Positions 8,919-19,529 of a DNA stretch of 52,828 nt are shown here, one piece after another; the first letter of the stretch is position 1, and every line of letters starts with the position of its first letter. The translations under genes were made by a program, and so were the position numbers. Source of the DNA: a virus (Duplodnaviria > Caudoviricetes); the IMG/VR virus record IMGVR_UViG_3300021449_000498, positions 1 through 52,828 of that record; one strand, 5' to 3'. A model generated the notes under the pieces. It ran no database searches. It saw nothing but the letters and a program-made list of their open reading frames with translations, and had not been told where the DNA came from.

Positions 8919-9604
8919 CGGGAACCGAATTCGGCGGTGTAGATTTCTCCCAGATAGAAGTACACGGGCAAGCGGGGCACGGCCCCGACGGCGACCCATT
9001 GCCCCGCGTCGTGGAATACCCTGGGTGGCTAAACATAGCCATGCGTTCGTTGGAATACGGAAACATCGTCAAATACTACGAGAACTACCCTCGCGGGCCG
9101 CAAATGCTTTCAGGCGTTTTTTCAGCAGCTATTGCGCCGTGCAGCCCTGCGGACGTGCAAGCCATGAAGCCGGGCCTACCGAGTGCCCTCGAATACGGCG
9201 TACTGCTGGCTTCGGACTTACTCGAACGCGACCGCCACGCCGCGGAAGCCCAAGGCGGGCGGCTCGCAAAAGCCGACGACGACCTGGAAGACGTAGTTCG
9301 CGACGACAGTATGTTTACGGCGCACCAACAGGATGAGAAAAAGCGCACCGACATAGGCGAGGGGTTAGACGGCGACTTAGCGGACTTTCTCTATGGGTAC
9401 GTAGGGAATTACGGCACTCCGCCGCTTGAAGTGTACCGTCTCACAATGGGTGAAATCGACGCTATTCGGTACGGACACAAGCGCGCGGACGAGAGGGCAA
9501 ATAAAAAGAACGAAAGCGGCGGTAGTAGTGGTACGACGGGTAAAACCACGGGTAATCAGGGAGACCGAATAGGCGGCCGGCGGAACTTGCCTGATAGCCA
9601 TTAA
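8909..9604 (+). CDS. Frameshift extension of the tail chaperone (gpT-like part of gpGT)
   Basis: -1 frame reads GKLTGTEFGGVDFSQ...LPRVVEY; C-terminal GTPPLEVYRLTMGEI resembles gpT-like motifs. Confidence 0.78.
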   Translation, partial: GKLTGTEFGGVDFSQIEVHGQAGHGPDGDPLPRVVEYPGWLNIAMRSLEYGNIVKYYENYPRGPQMLSGVFSAAIAPCSPADVQAMKPGLPSALEYGVLLASDLLERDRHAAEAQGGRLAKADDDLEDVVRDDSMFTAHQQDEKKRTDIGEGLDGDLADFLYGYVGNYGTPPLEVYRLTMGEIDAIRYGHKRADERANKKNESGGSSGTTGKTTGNQGDRIGGRRNLPDSH

Positions 9605-9693
9605 CGAAACGCGCGCGGAGTATTGTTTTGTTCCTGACTGTGGTTAGGAACGAAAGTAAATAGCGGAATACAGCACAAGAGACCCATAGTATA

Positions 9694-12600
9694 ATGTTCG
9701 GCGGTGGTAGTGGAACTAATGTTATCGAAACTAAACTTACGGCAAGCGGTGCCGACGCCGTAGCTGCTGAATTTTCCCAAGCCGCGGCTTCCAGTAAGAA
9801 ATTCAAAACCGCAGTAGCGGGCTTAGGCACGGGTCTCGCGGCGGTTTCTGCCGGAGGAATCGCGAAAGCGACCCAAGCCGCGGTTGATTTCGAAAGCCAA
9901 ATGGCCGAAGTTCAAAAAGTAACATCTGAGGCCGTGGCAGACGAAATGAGTGGAAAAATTCAGCAAATGGCGAAAGATATTCCACTTACTACCAAAAAAC
10001 TTGCCAGCCTTACAGAACAAGCGGGGCGGTTCGGGGTTGAAGGAACGAAAAATATTAAAGAATTTACCCGAAACGTCGCGAAAATGGCGACCGCTACGGA
10101 CCTGACTGCGGACGAAGCCGGTACTGCATTTGCCAAACTTTCTACACTAACGAAAACGCCGATTCCCCAAACCGAAAACCTCGGGTCCGCAATCAACGAA
10201 CTGTCGAATACAGCAGCGGCGTCTTCGTCTGAAATTACTGACACGATGTTGCGGGCTTCGGGAACCCTCACGCAGTTGGGTATGTCTACCACCGACATTG
10301 TGGCCCTTAGCGGCGCTATGAATGAAGTTAGTAGCAGCGCGCGGCGCGCGGGGTCGGGCCTTCGCCGGGTCGGCCAAGAAATCAAAAACCCGAAAAAGGT
10401 ATCCGATTTTGCGGCGGCCTTGGGTATTACCTCGCAGAAATTTAGAAGCCTTCGCGATAATTCGCCAATAAAGCTGTTTAAGATGATGGCGAAGGAAATG
10501 GCGAATAACACCGAGAAGGGGAAAGCCCTTCGTAAGCAATTCAGTACCTATTCCCGCAAAACGCTGTCTTCGTTAGGGCAAAACATCGAAGGGGTAAATG
10601 ACGCCCTTGAAACGTCGAGCAAAGCGTTCGAGGAAAACACGTCCCTCCAGCGCGAATTCGCCATTCAGTCGAAAACTGCCGCGAATCAGCTTAAGCTACT
10701 GAAAAACAGCATTACGGTAGTTGCACAAGAAAGCGGCGGCGTGTTTCTGCCGGCCTTCGCGGCTATCATTTCTGTAATTAAGGACGGAATCAACGCCTTT
10801 TCCGATTTCAATTCGGCGCTAAACGGCGTCCCGGGTGCGGTCGTTCTCGTCTCCGGGGTAATCGGCGGCCTCACGACAGCGTTTACCGCCCTCCAGGGGA
10901 CCATTGCCGCGTCCTCGATTTATACCCTCGGTAGCGTCTTTCTGGCTGTCCTCGGTCCCGTCTCTGCGGTAGCGGCGGCGGTCGCCGCCCTCGCCGCTGC
11001 ATGGCAGAAGGACTTCGCAGGCATACGAAGCGCAACGACGCGGGTCGCGAAGTCAGTAAAGAAGTATATCGGCGGCATTGCTACATTTGCGTTTGACGAA
11101 CTGTCCGGGAAAGTAGACGCGGCGAAAGGTGTTTTTAAGGGCTTCGTCTCGGGTATCGAAGGCCCGATTTCCCGGTTCGTGCAGCTTGTAAGCGGCAAAA
11201 TGGTTGGTGCGGTGCAGGGATTTGCGAGTTATATGGAGCCGACTATTGTCGCTCTTTCGACAGATTGGGAGAACCACGGAACTGCGGTCTCGCGGGCGAT
11301 TGAAGGAGGATACGGGGCTATCGCCGGGGTCGTCAAAACAGCCCTCGGTGCGTTTCGAAGCGTCGTAGACGCCGCGACAGCGGGCGCAACTGAGGCCTGG
11401 AACCGTCACGGAAATATGGTTACGCGGTACCTGAAAATCGGCTACACGGCGGCCCTCAAAGCTGTGAAAGCCGTTACAGGGGCTATCGGAAGCGCCGTGG
11501 CGAATGTAACCGCCCGGATAAACGCGCTGTGGCAAAAACACGGGGCCGGCTTACAGGACAGTATCGGAAACCCCTACCGGATGATTCGGACCACGGTTCT
11601 GGGGGTTCTCGATACGCTATTCGGCGGAATCGTAGACGTAGCACAGAAAATGCGAGTGCTTTGGTACGAACACGGTTCCGCAGTCAAAAAAGCCATTACG
11701 ACCGCCTACAACGCTGTCGGGGGCGTCGCACTTGCGGCGCTTCGCGAACTTGCGGCCGGGGTGCAATCCGTTCTTACGCGCGTGCGGGGCGTATGGAACA
11801 AGCACGGAACCGCGGTTCAAAACACAGTTACGACCGCGTATAAAAAGCTGAAAACTATCGCCTTGAACGCGGTCGGACAAGTCGTTACGACCGTGAAAAC
11901 GTCCCTCACTAACGTAACGAAGCTATGGAACAAGCACGGAACGGCGGTCAAACAAGCCGCGACTCAGGCGTATCAAAAGGCCGTCTCGCTTATGCAGGGG
12001 CGGGTCCAGGCCTTCGTAACCGTCGTAACCGGCACCCTCAATCGGGCAACTTCGCTGTGGAACCGCCACGGCAAGCAAGTCAAAACGTCCATTCAGCAAG
12101 CCGTTTCGTCGCTTAGTCCCTATCAGGCCGCAGTCGCTTCGTTCATTCCAACGCTGGCCGCTTGGGCGACCAAGACCGGCGTCGTAACGTCTTCGCTTTC
12201 GGGTCTCACTGCGGGAATCAGCACAGGGGTTTTGCCCTCGGTTAGTAGCTTAGGGACTCTCATTACCGGAACCCTCGTTCCGGCCCTGGGGGTAAAGCTC
12301 GTTGGTGCCGCGAAGTCAGTCGTTACTACACTGGCGACCTTCGCCGGAAAGACGAACATAGCGAAGCAAGCCGCCCTCGTATTCGGACAAAAGGTAACTG
12401 TCCTCGGTGGAATAGTTAGCAACCTCAAAACCAAAGCTTCGGCGGCGGGAAGTGTGCTAAAGACCGTTCTCACCGCCGGCCTTACAGCAGCGAAGGGGGC
12501 GGTGACGCGGTTACTTGGTCCATTAGCCGGGCCGCTGTTTACCGCTTTCAGCAAACTTAGCGGCATTGTGAAACGCGTAGCCGGCGTCATTTCCTCGAAA

Positions 12601-14394
12601 TTTATCGGGTCCATCGTATCGAGTATGTCGCGAATCGGTCCCCTGATTGCCCGCGTGGGTAGTCTCGGGTCTACTATCGGGCTTCTTACCAACCCTATCG
12701 GAATTGCAGTCGCCGCGGTCGCTGGCTTGTGGTTGGCCTGGAAGACGAACTTCATGAACATCCAAAACAAAACGCAACAGGTTTTGGATGCTATCACCGC
12801 CGCTTTCAACGGGAATTCGACCGAACTAAAGGGTATCGTAAAGCGGACACTACAAGCGATTCAAGACTTTTGGAATAACAAGCTGAAACCGGTTATCCAA
12901 ACGACCAAGACCGTACTGGATAAGGTCGGGCAAGTCTTTATCGACACCCTCCAGTTCATTAACACGAACATCGTGCAGCCCGCGTTACAAGGTCTCTTAG
13001 ACCTGTGGGAAACCCACGGTGAGGAACTGAAAACGTCGGTCAATCAGCTTTTCAATTTCCTCAAAGGTATTTTCAAGGTCGGCGCGGGGGCTATCCTGAA
13101 AATATGGCAGCGTTGGGGAGACGAAATTCAGGCCGTGGCGAAGTTCGTAATCGACGCTGTGGGTAGTGTTATCAAGACGGGCCTGGATGTCATTCTTACC
13201 TCCTTCAACGTTATTACGGACTTAATGGCCGGCAAATGGAAAAGCGCCCTGAATAAAATACTCGACTTAGGCAAGCGAATCTTCGGCGGGATTATCGACT
13301 TCGTGAAAAAATGGGGCGGGAAACTTGTCGATTATCTCGTCACGATGCTATCCGACGCTTTACAAGCGTTCATAGACTGGGGGCAAGAAATCATCTTCGG
13401 CTCGCTAATCCCCGATATATTTAGCGCGATTCTTGATTTCATCAAGAACTGGGGCGGTGACTTGCTTTCGACCCTCGGTGACGCCCTCCAGCAGGGGTTA
13501 GATGCTATCGTTTCTTTCACCGAAGACGCCCTTTCAACCGTCCAAAAGTGGGGCGGAAACGTCATAACAGCCGTGCAAACAATGGGCGGCGAATTCGTCT
13601 CTGCTATCAAGACGCTGGCTACGGAAGCCTTCAACCGGATTTCCCAGTTTATCAGCAACGCCTTGTCGGCAATTCAGAAATGGGGCGGAAACGTCGTGAA
13701 AGCCGTTCGCACAATGGGCGGCGACGTAGTTACAGCTATCAAGAATATGGTGTCTGACGTTCTTGGCAAACTCGGCGAACTGTTCCGAAAAGGAAAATCC
13801 AAAGTCAAAAGTCTGAAAAAGAAAGTCGTCGGCAAAATCGAATCGATGAGAACCAAGGTATTCAATGCTGTGAAAGGCATGGTTGACGACGTACTCGGCA
13901 AAATAGACGAACTGAAAAGCGGCGGCGTCGAGAAGGTAAAAGGAATGTATGAATCCGTGGTCGGAGGGTCCATCATTCCCGACATGCGGAAAGAAAGCGT
14001 CGCGGAAATGGAACGCATGAAAGGCGAAGGGGTGGGCGAACTGGCAAATCTCGCCCAAGGCGGTATGTCCGAAATGGACCGACTACACAGCGGGGCCGGG
14101 CGGGCGGCCGCGCGAATGAAGAAAGGCGTCGCAAAACAAATGTCCGGTCTTAGCGGCGCGGTCGGCAAAGAAATGGCGCGCGCCGGAGACGTAGCCGAAA
14201 GCGAAATGGCACGCATGGCACGCCTCACCGAAGACGCCCCAGGCGTAGCAGCAGCGGCGGCGGCCGGCGGCGGTACTGTGAATATCACGAACATCGAAGT
14301 GAACGCCGAAGTCAATGCGAACAGCTACGAAGAGGGCGGCGACGCCGCGCGGGCCATGGAGGACGAATTCGACAGCTACTTGTCGAAAAACTAA
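9694..14394 (+). CDS. Tail tape measure protein (TP901-type core)
   Basis: 1566 aa, Ala/Gly-rich helical; AVDFESQMAEVQK core; periodic Trp repeats. Confidence 0.95.
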   Translation: MFGGGSGTNVIETKLTASGADAVAAEFSQAAASSKKFKTAVAGLGTGLAAVSAGGIAKATQAAVDFESQMAEVQKVTSEAVADEMSGKIQQMAKDIPLTTKKLASLTEQAGRFGVEGTKNIKEFTRNVAKMATATDLTADEAGTAFAKLSTLTKTPIPQTENLGSAINELSNTAAASSSEITDTMLRASGTLTQLGMSTTDIVALSGAMNEVSSSARRAGSGLRRVGQEIKNPKKVSDFAAALGITSQKFRSLRDNSPIKLFKMMAKEMANNTEKGKALRKQFSTYSRKTLSSLGQNIEGVNDALETSSKAFEENTSLQREFAIQSKTAANQLKLLKNSITVVAQESGGVFLPAFAAIISVIKDGINAFSDFNSALNGVPGAVVLVSGVIGGLTTAFTALQGTIAASSIYTLGSVFLAVLGPVSAVAAAVAALAAAWQKDFAGIRSATTRVAKSVKKYIGGIATFAFDELSGKVDAAKGVFKGFVSGIEGPISRFVQLVSGKMVGAVQGFASYMEPTIVALSTDWENHGTAVSRAIEGGYGAIAGVVKTALGAFRSVVDAATAGATEAWNRHGNMVTRYLKIGYTAALKAVKAVTGAIGSAVANVTARINALWQKHGAGLQDSIGNPYRMIRTTVLGVLDTLFGGIVDVAQKMRVLWYEHGSAVKKAITTAYNAVGGVALAALRELAAGVQSVLTRVRGVWNKHGTAVQNTVTTAYKKLKTIALNAVGQVVTTVKTSLTNVTKLWNKHGTAVKQAATQAYQKAVSLMQGRVQAFVTVVTGTLNRATSLWNRHGKQVKTSIQQAVSSLSPYQAAVASFIPTLAAWATKTGVVTSSLSGLTAGISTGVLPSVSSLGTLITGTLVPALGVKLVGAAKSVVTTLATFAGKTNIAKQAALVFGQKVTVLGGIVSNLKTKASAAGSVLKTVLTAGLTAAKGAVTRLLGPLAGPLFTAFSKLSGIVKRVAGVISSKFIGSIVSSMSRIGPLIARVGSLGSTIGLLTNPIGIAVAAVAGLWLAWKTNFMNIQNKTQQVLDAITAAFNGNSTELKGIVKRTLQAIQDFWNNKLKPVIQTTKTVLDKVGQVFIDTLQFINTNIVQPALQGLLDLWETHGEELKTSVNQLFNFLKGIFKVGAGAILKIWQRWGDEIQAVAKFVIDAVGSVIKTGLDVILTSFNVITDLMAGKWKSALNKILDLGKRIFGGIIDFVKKWGGKLVDYLVTMLSDALQAFIDWGQEIIFGSLIPDIFSAILDFIKNWGGDLLSTLGDALQQGLDAIVSFTEDALSTVQKWGGNVITAVQTMGGEFVSAIKTLATEAFNRISQFISNALSAIQKWGGNVVKAVRTMGGDVVTAIKNMVSDVLGKLGELFRKGKSKVKSLKKKVVGKIESMRTKVFNAVKGMVDDVLGKIDELKSGGVEKVKGMYESVVGGSIIPDMRKESVAEMERMKGEGVGELANLAQGGMSEMDRLHSGAGRAAARMKKGVAKQMSGLSGAVGKEMARAGDVAESEMARMARLTEDAPGVAAAAAAGGGTVNITNIEVNAEVNANSYEEGGDAARAMEDEFDSYLSKN
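11266..12072 (+). repeat. Seven 132-bp (44-aa) W-x-x-H-G repeats in the tape measure gene
   Basis: Trp codons at 11266, 11398, 11530, 11662, 11794, 11926 and 12058. Confidence 0.9.
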
Positions 14395-14427
14395 AGCCCA
14401 AAGCCGGCCTAAAGCGATATAATTACT

Positions 14428-15606
14428 ATGCCCAAAGGATACAGACTTTCTCGTACCGGGCTTCCCATAGCCGCGGACGGGCAAGAAAGCCCTTCTGACG
14501 GACGAGACGCGCCCCTGGAGGACTACGAAGAGGTAAGCGGCGGGTCCGTAGACCTTGATAATCTTAACTGGGGCGATATGCTACAAACCGGGTTACAATG
14601 GGTAGACGATAATTCCTTTTGGGTTACGGACGGCCGGCCGCAGAACGGCGGTTCTGATATTCCCCGGCTAATCCTCGATACGTCCACAGCCCCGTCTTCG
14701 TTACTTCGAAATAATAATAATGCTATTGTTTCTGAGTTTAAAATAGACCCCGTGGGTACGCTTAAAACAGTGAAAAACGGGCACCAAAACGGGGGGCTTA
14801 CGATTCAAGGACTCGAAATTAAAGGGACCCAAGGGAAGATAGTCGAACTTCGCGGAGACCGAATTAGCATTGATGGAGGGGGATTAGATGTTCGAAAAGA
14901 TAGCCGGGTTCGAAACAGTAGAAGCTGGAACTTCGGAACTGACGAAAATATAGGATTTCAATTCGACGCTTCGAGTGGTATTCTTAAAATGAGAGACTAT
15001 GGCAGCCGAAACGGAGCTTCAATTGCTATTTTCCCCGAAGGGGGGACGCCGAATTTTATAGCAGGAACTTCGATAGACGGCAATCAGCTTTTGCCGGATA
15101 TAAACGGGGGCGTTTCGGAATCGAACCTCGATTTCGACCCGCTTAATGACGTAGGCAACGCGGTGGACGCCGGAAACCTCACATTCGACCCAGTAAAGGA
15201 ATCCGAAGCCAACAGTCGCTTTTCAGACGAACGCAGTTCGGTCGTTTCGATTAACGAGACCGGAATCGCACAATCGAGTAAAGCCGCGCGTGTCGGTTCG
15301 CGTTACGTGTCTGCGAACGATACGATTACCGTCCATCAGCCCGGACTCGTGCTTTCCGACGGCGCGGGCGCACCAAGCGGCTTAGACCTAATCATCGTCA
15401 CCGGCGACGAAGCCAGCGGCTATACGAAACGTCAGAACGTAGTTGTGGGCGACGGAACCGTGCAAAATCCGAAACAGTCGGCCTCGTGGTCGAACGGAAC
15501 CGGCTCAGGCGTCTACGCTACCGTAGCAGTCGATAATGGACGCTTCGGAAGTGGTACCGGTTCGGATGAGAACTTTGAAACACTCGGAAAAATCAGAGTC
15601 AACTAA
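14428..15606 (+). CDS. Minor tail protein
   Basis: Directly follows the tape measure gene; beta/Gly-rich with NLDFDP and NLTFDP repeats. Confidence 0.55.
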   Translation: MPKGYRLSRTGLPIAADGQESPSDGRDAPLEDYEEVSGGSVDLDNLNWGDMLQTGLQWVDDNSFWVTDGRPQNGGSDIPRLILDTSTAPSSLLRNNNNAIVSEFKIDPVGTLKTVKNGHQNGGLTIQGLEIKGTQGKIVELRGDRISIDGGGLDVRKDSRVRNSRSWNFGTDENIGFQFDASSGILKMRDYGSRNGASIAIFPEGGTPNFIAGTSIDGNQLLPDINGGVSESNLDFDPLNDVGNAVDAGNLTFDPVKESEANSRFSDERSSVVSINETGIAQSSKAARVGSRYVSANDTITVHQPGLVLSDGAGAPSGLDLIIVTGDEASGYTKRQNVVVGDGTVQNPKQSASWSNGTGSGVYATVAVDNGRFGSGTGSDENFETLGKIRVN

Positions 15607-15626
15607 CCAACTAACTAATACAAACA

Positions 15627-17975
15627 ATGCAAATAGATAAAGAAACGGTCTACTTAGACGGAACCGGAACCTTGGGCTTAGGCGGCGTCAGTGGCGCGTA
15701 TGAATTCGATGGAAGCGACGACTGGATGGACGTGACTTCTCCGAATCCCGGATTCTTTCACGACACATTTACCGAACGAACCGTTGTATTCCGGGTAAAG
15801 AAACTAAAAAACGGCGAACGGGGAACACTATACGACGAAGGCGGTTCGGTAAACGGGTACTACGTTGGCCTCACCGGAGGGGGGAACGTAAAGTTAGCTG
15901 TTCGAGAAAGCAGCAATCAAACCAACGCCTTTGCGAAATTAGAAGCCGACGGCGAGTATCACACAGTCGTTGCATCATTCAAGGACTCGGAACTATTTGT
16001 TAGTGTAGACGGAAAACACACCGGGTCCGCTACGCATGGAACAACCCAAATCAACGACCACGGAAGCGACCCGGGGTTTTTCCGAAGCGTAGGTGACGAT
16101 GCAAACGATAACTCTGCGCAATACCTTAACCTCGAAACTGATTACATCTTAGTAAGCGACGGCGCGGGCAAACAAGTCGAATACGACTTTTCGAACGTAT
16201 CCGGCGATACCGTCCCTGATACCAGTGGAAACGGGCGCGACGGAACCCTGAAAAACGGGCCGACTTCCCGCGCCCAACCACCCGTTTCGCTGTGGGTAGA
16301 CGGCCTCGAAGCAAACACGCTATCGGAATGGAACCCAACCGACCTTACGCGCGTCAGCGACTTCGCGCGCGGGAACTTCGCCGGGTACTCCAGCAGCAGC
16401 GGCGGGTCCCAACCGCGCGCGTCAACCCAACCGAACATCGACACCGCGAAGCCGAAACTATTCGAGTTTTGGTACCGCGAGACCGGAAGTTCTACCGGGT
16501 CTATGGTCCTGCTGAAAGACGAAAACGGCAATGAGGTAATCGGGGCCGGCACCGATAATCCCCAGTGGGATATACGAGACGGAAATTCAGGACAAGGACG
16601 CGAAATCAATAGCGGAACGGACTATCGTCGCTTTATTCGGGTTCGTTTCGGCTTCAACTGGAACGCAGGTTCGGACGGAACCGCAGACGTGGAATTTTAC
16701 GACCCCACAGCCCAGAAAGAATACGCCGAAACAGGTCTTCCGCTCCGCGGCGGCGCGGGAATCGATACGATTGAAATTTGGGACTATAACGGCGGCGCGT
16801 TAGGCGGTAGCGCAATCGATACCTGGCATGACGACTTTCTCCTAAAGGAGACAGCCGCGGACCCGTCAAATCTGGTTATTGACCGAACCTACGCAACGAG
16901 CCTATACCTGCGGTGGGACGGCGAGTATCCCGCCTACGACGTATACATTTCCGAATCCAGCGGGAATTCGACCGGAGACTACAACCTCGAAAACGGCGGC
17001 GTAGCGCAGGGCAACGAGTACAACGTTGACGGCATAGAAGCCGGCGAGAAGTATTACATGCGGGTCGCGAACGCAGGCGAGAGCGAAGTGACGAACGAAG
17101 TAAACGTTGTTACGGTTCTCCGCGGGCCTGATAACCCACAAGCGAACGTCGATAGTAACGATAATATTAGTGTTTCCTGGGAGAAAGACGATAATTCGTC
17201 AGATGGAAACTTCGAAATCTACCGGTCTACGTCTTCCGGGTCTCTCGGCGGCCTGCTAACGACGATAACGGACCTGAGCCGACGGTCCTATACGGACACG
17301 TCTGCGAACCAGGACACAACCTACTACTACACCATTCGTCGGAATACGGACCACGCTTCGGCTGATAGCCCGCAAACCGACGGCACTACTATCGTTAGCA
17401 CAACCTGGGTAGACGACTTCGAGGACCAAGACGCCGGAGAATACTCATTCGACCAAGGAAGTGCGTCGAGAATTGGTTACTCCAGTTCGCAGGCCGTCAA
17501 AGGGTCCGTAGCAATGTCTATGTCGGGCGGAAACGTCGAAATGTACTCCGAAAACGGCCTCGATAATTACCCAGGCGAGGGCGACACGTATCGAGTCTTC
17601 AACGGAATGGACGGCACCGTGGACGTGAACCTGCGATACTACGGCCAAGACTATAAGAACTGCTACTTCGTTCGTCTACCAACCCCCACGACGGAATTCT
17701 TTTCACTATACAAGCTTACGAGTCACACAGCAGAGAAAATAAAGAACGAAAACCCGACGAGTACCCCGAACTACGGGGAAATGTGGGAATACCGGGTGAC
17801 GGTCTCGAACGGCACCCATACGCTCGAAGCCTATGACAGCAACGGAAACCTACAAAAGAGTTTCCAAGCGAACGACAGCCAATTTACGGCTTCGGGCGGC
17901 ACCGGCATAGGATTCGACGCCTACATAGGTAGTTCGGGGAACACAGTTTATTGGGACGGCGCGGAAATACTATAA
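15627..17975 (+). CDS. Tail-associated adhesin with LamG/ConA-like and fibronectin type III domains
   Basis: AYEFDGSDDW...YHTVVASF...VPDTSGNGRDGTL (LamG); two FN3-like units (LRWD...YYMRV; VSWE...FEIYRST...YYYTI). Confidence 0.8.
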   Translation: MQIDKETVYLDGTGTLGLGGVSGAYEFDGSDDWMDVTSPNPGFFHDTFTERTVVFRVKKLKNGERGTLYDEGGSVNGYYVGLTGGGNVKLAVRESSNQTNAFAKLEADGEYHTVVASFKDSELFVSVDGKHTGSATHGTTQINDHGSDPGFFRSVGDDANDNSAQYLNLETDYILVSDGAGKQVEYDFSNVSGDTVPDTSGNGRDGTLKNGPTSRAQPPVSLWVDGLEANTLSEWNPTDLTRVSDFARGNFAGYSSSSGGSQPRASTQPNIDTAKPKLFEFWYRETGSSTGSMVLLKDENGNEVIGAGTDNPQWDIRDGNSGQGREINSGTDYRRFIRVRFGFNWNAGSDGTADVEFYDPTAQKEYAETGLPLRGGAGIDTIEIWDYNGGALGGSAIDTWHDDFLLKETAADPSNLVIDRTYATSLYLRWDGEYPAYDVYISESSGNSTGDYNLENGGVAQGNEYNVDGIEAGEKYYMRVANAGESEVTNEVNVVTVLRGPDNPQANVDSNDNISVSWEKDDNSSDGNFEIYRSTSSGSLGGLLTTITDLSRRSYTDTSANQDTTYYYTIRRNTDHASADSPQTDGTTIVSTTWVDDFEDQDAGEYSFDQGSASRIGYSSSQAVKGSVAMSMSGGNVEMYSENGLDNYPGEGDTYRVFNGMDGTVDVNLRYYGQDYKNCYFVRLPTPTTEFFSLYKLTSHTAEKIKNENPTSTPNYGEMWEYRVTVSNGTHTLEAYDSNGNLQKSFQANDSQFTASGGTGIGFDAYIGSSGNTVYWDGAEIL

Positions 17976-17977
17976 CT

Positions 17978-19522
17978 ATGACGCTAAAAATTGGTTCTGA
18001 CGACATTCGAATTTTGGTATTCAAGGCACGAACCCCGCCGGGCGGAAGCGACTTTGCTATTCCCGCCGAAGACATCCTTGATTACAGCGTAACGGACAAG
18101 ACGGGAAAGACACGAACCTCGGGAAGCCTCTTAGTCGATAATCAAACCGGGGTCTACACGTCAGAAAAGCCGGTCCACCTGAAAGACCGAATCCTGATTC
18201 AAACGTCTTCGGAGGGCGATAACGAGGCTATGGGCGCGGGACCCTTCGGCGCGGGTCCTATGGGGGGTTATAACAAAAGCGGCGACTACATTGTTACAAA
18301 CGTTTCGAGAACCGGACTCGGGGGAGACCCGCACGAAATTGACCTGCGGGTTTCGGCCTTCGCGGACGGTATCATGTCCGACCGCGACGTAGACTTTCAC
18401 GACACCAACCGAACCGTTTCGGGGCAACCCACAAGCATCCTCAATCAGGTAATTAACGATAATTGCCCCGAACTTTCGACCGCCCGGCTTCCCGAACTTG
18501 ATTACCGGTTAGACTACTTCGCAGAAGGCAAAAAAGCGAATACCGTAGTGCAGGACATAGCAGATAGGGCGGCCGAAGAATACGGAACTATCGTCACATT
18601 TGCCGAAGGCGAGTACGTCCGATTCGAACCGGTGAGCGAACTGCGAAACCTGCATAGCAAACCTTTCACCCCGGACGATTTCAAAGGCGAACCGGCGGAA
18701 GAAACCACCGACCGCGGCATGATTAACAACATCCGCGTGACCGGGGGTATAGACGACCGGAACAATGTAGCAGACGAACAGCGAACAGTCGATACGTTCG
18801 TCACCGTCAGTGAAAGCAATGCGCTAATGATTCCCATTGCCACGAAGAAATCACAAATATCCTCGGTTGAAATCTACACGAAAGCCAGGGGCGACGACGC
18901 GGGCGAAGTTGACAGCGGGGTTCGGGTTCGTATTCAGTTGGGAAAAGCCGACGGAAGCGCGCCGATAGACGCGGGCGACCCGGACGCGGATATTATCAAG
19001 TCGGGGGAGCAAAAGGTAGCCTACGACGACGACGGCTATACGACCTTCCGCCTCGGAGGACACAGCATACCCGACCGTCAGATTTGGCTCATCCTCGATA
19101 CGCCGGGCGACCCCGCAGGCTACGACGTAGGCGCGAAAACTGACTCGAACGGAAACGTAACCGGACCTGCGTTCGGGGCTTTCTTTCCCAAACCAGTAGG
19201 AATAGAAAAGCCCCTACCGGATAGTGTGGATACCTACCGGCGGAAAGACGGACGAATCGATAACGAAGCCTTAGCGACCGGCGAGGCCGTCAGAGACACG
19301 GCCAACGCGGCGCTTTCCCGTTGGGGCTACCCAACACAGCGATTCGAACCGGAATACTGTCGTAGCGTGCGTGCCCACCGGCTAAATGTCGGAGAAATCG
19401 TCACTATCGAAGGATACGAGCATCTAATGGTAGATGGAAAATACGTGGTCACTGACCGGCAGAGAAATTACAACGGTCCCAACCTCGATACCTCACTTAC
19501 TTTTGAAGGAGTACGACTATAG
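17978..19522 (+). CDS. Tail tip/baseplate hub protein
   Basis: ATG 17978; DRILIQ, MINNIRVTGG and LNVGEIVTI..KYVVT patterns typical of hub/Tal-like proteins. Confidence 0.6.
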   Translation: MTLKIGSDDIRILVFKARTPPGGSDFAIPAEDILDYSVTDKTGKTRTSGSLLVDNQTGVYTSEKPVHLKDRILIQTSSEGDNEAMGAGPFGAGPMGGYNKSGDYIVTNVSRTGLGGDPHEIDLRVSAFADGIMSDRDVDFHDTNRTVSGQPTSILNQVINDNCPELSTARLPELDYRLDYFAEGKKANTVVQDIADRAAEEYGTIVTFAEGEYVRFEPVSELRNLHSKPFTPDDFKGEPAEETTDRGMINNIRVTGGIDDRNNVADEQRTVDTFVTVSESNALMIPIATKKSQISSVEIYTKARGDDAGEVDSGVRVRIQLGKADGSAPIDAGDPDADIIKSGEQKVAYDDDGYTTFRLGGHSIPDRQIWLILDTPGDPAGYDVGAKTDSNGNVTGPAFGAFFPKPVGIEKPLPDSVDTYRRKDGRIDNEALATGEAVRDTANAALSRWGYPTQRFEPEYCRSVRAHRLNVGEIVTIEGYEHLMVDGKYVVTDRQRNYNGPNLDTSLTFEGVRL

Positions 19523-19529
19523 TATAACC

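Noticed and set aside
8999-9604. Independent gene starting at TTG 8999
   Set aside because: Better explained as the -1 frameshift extension of the chaperone
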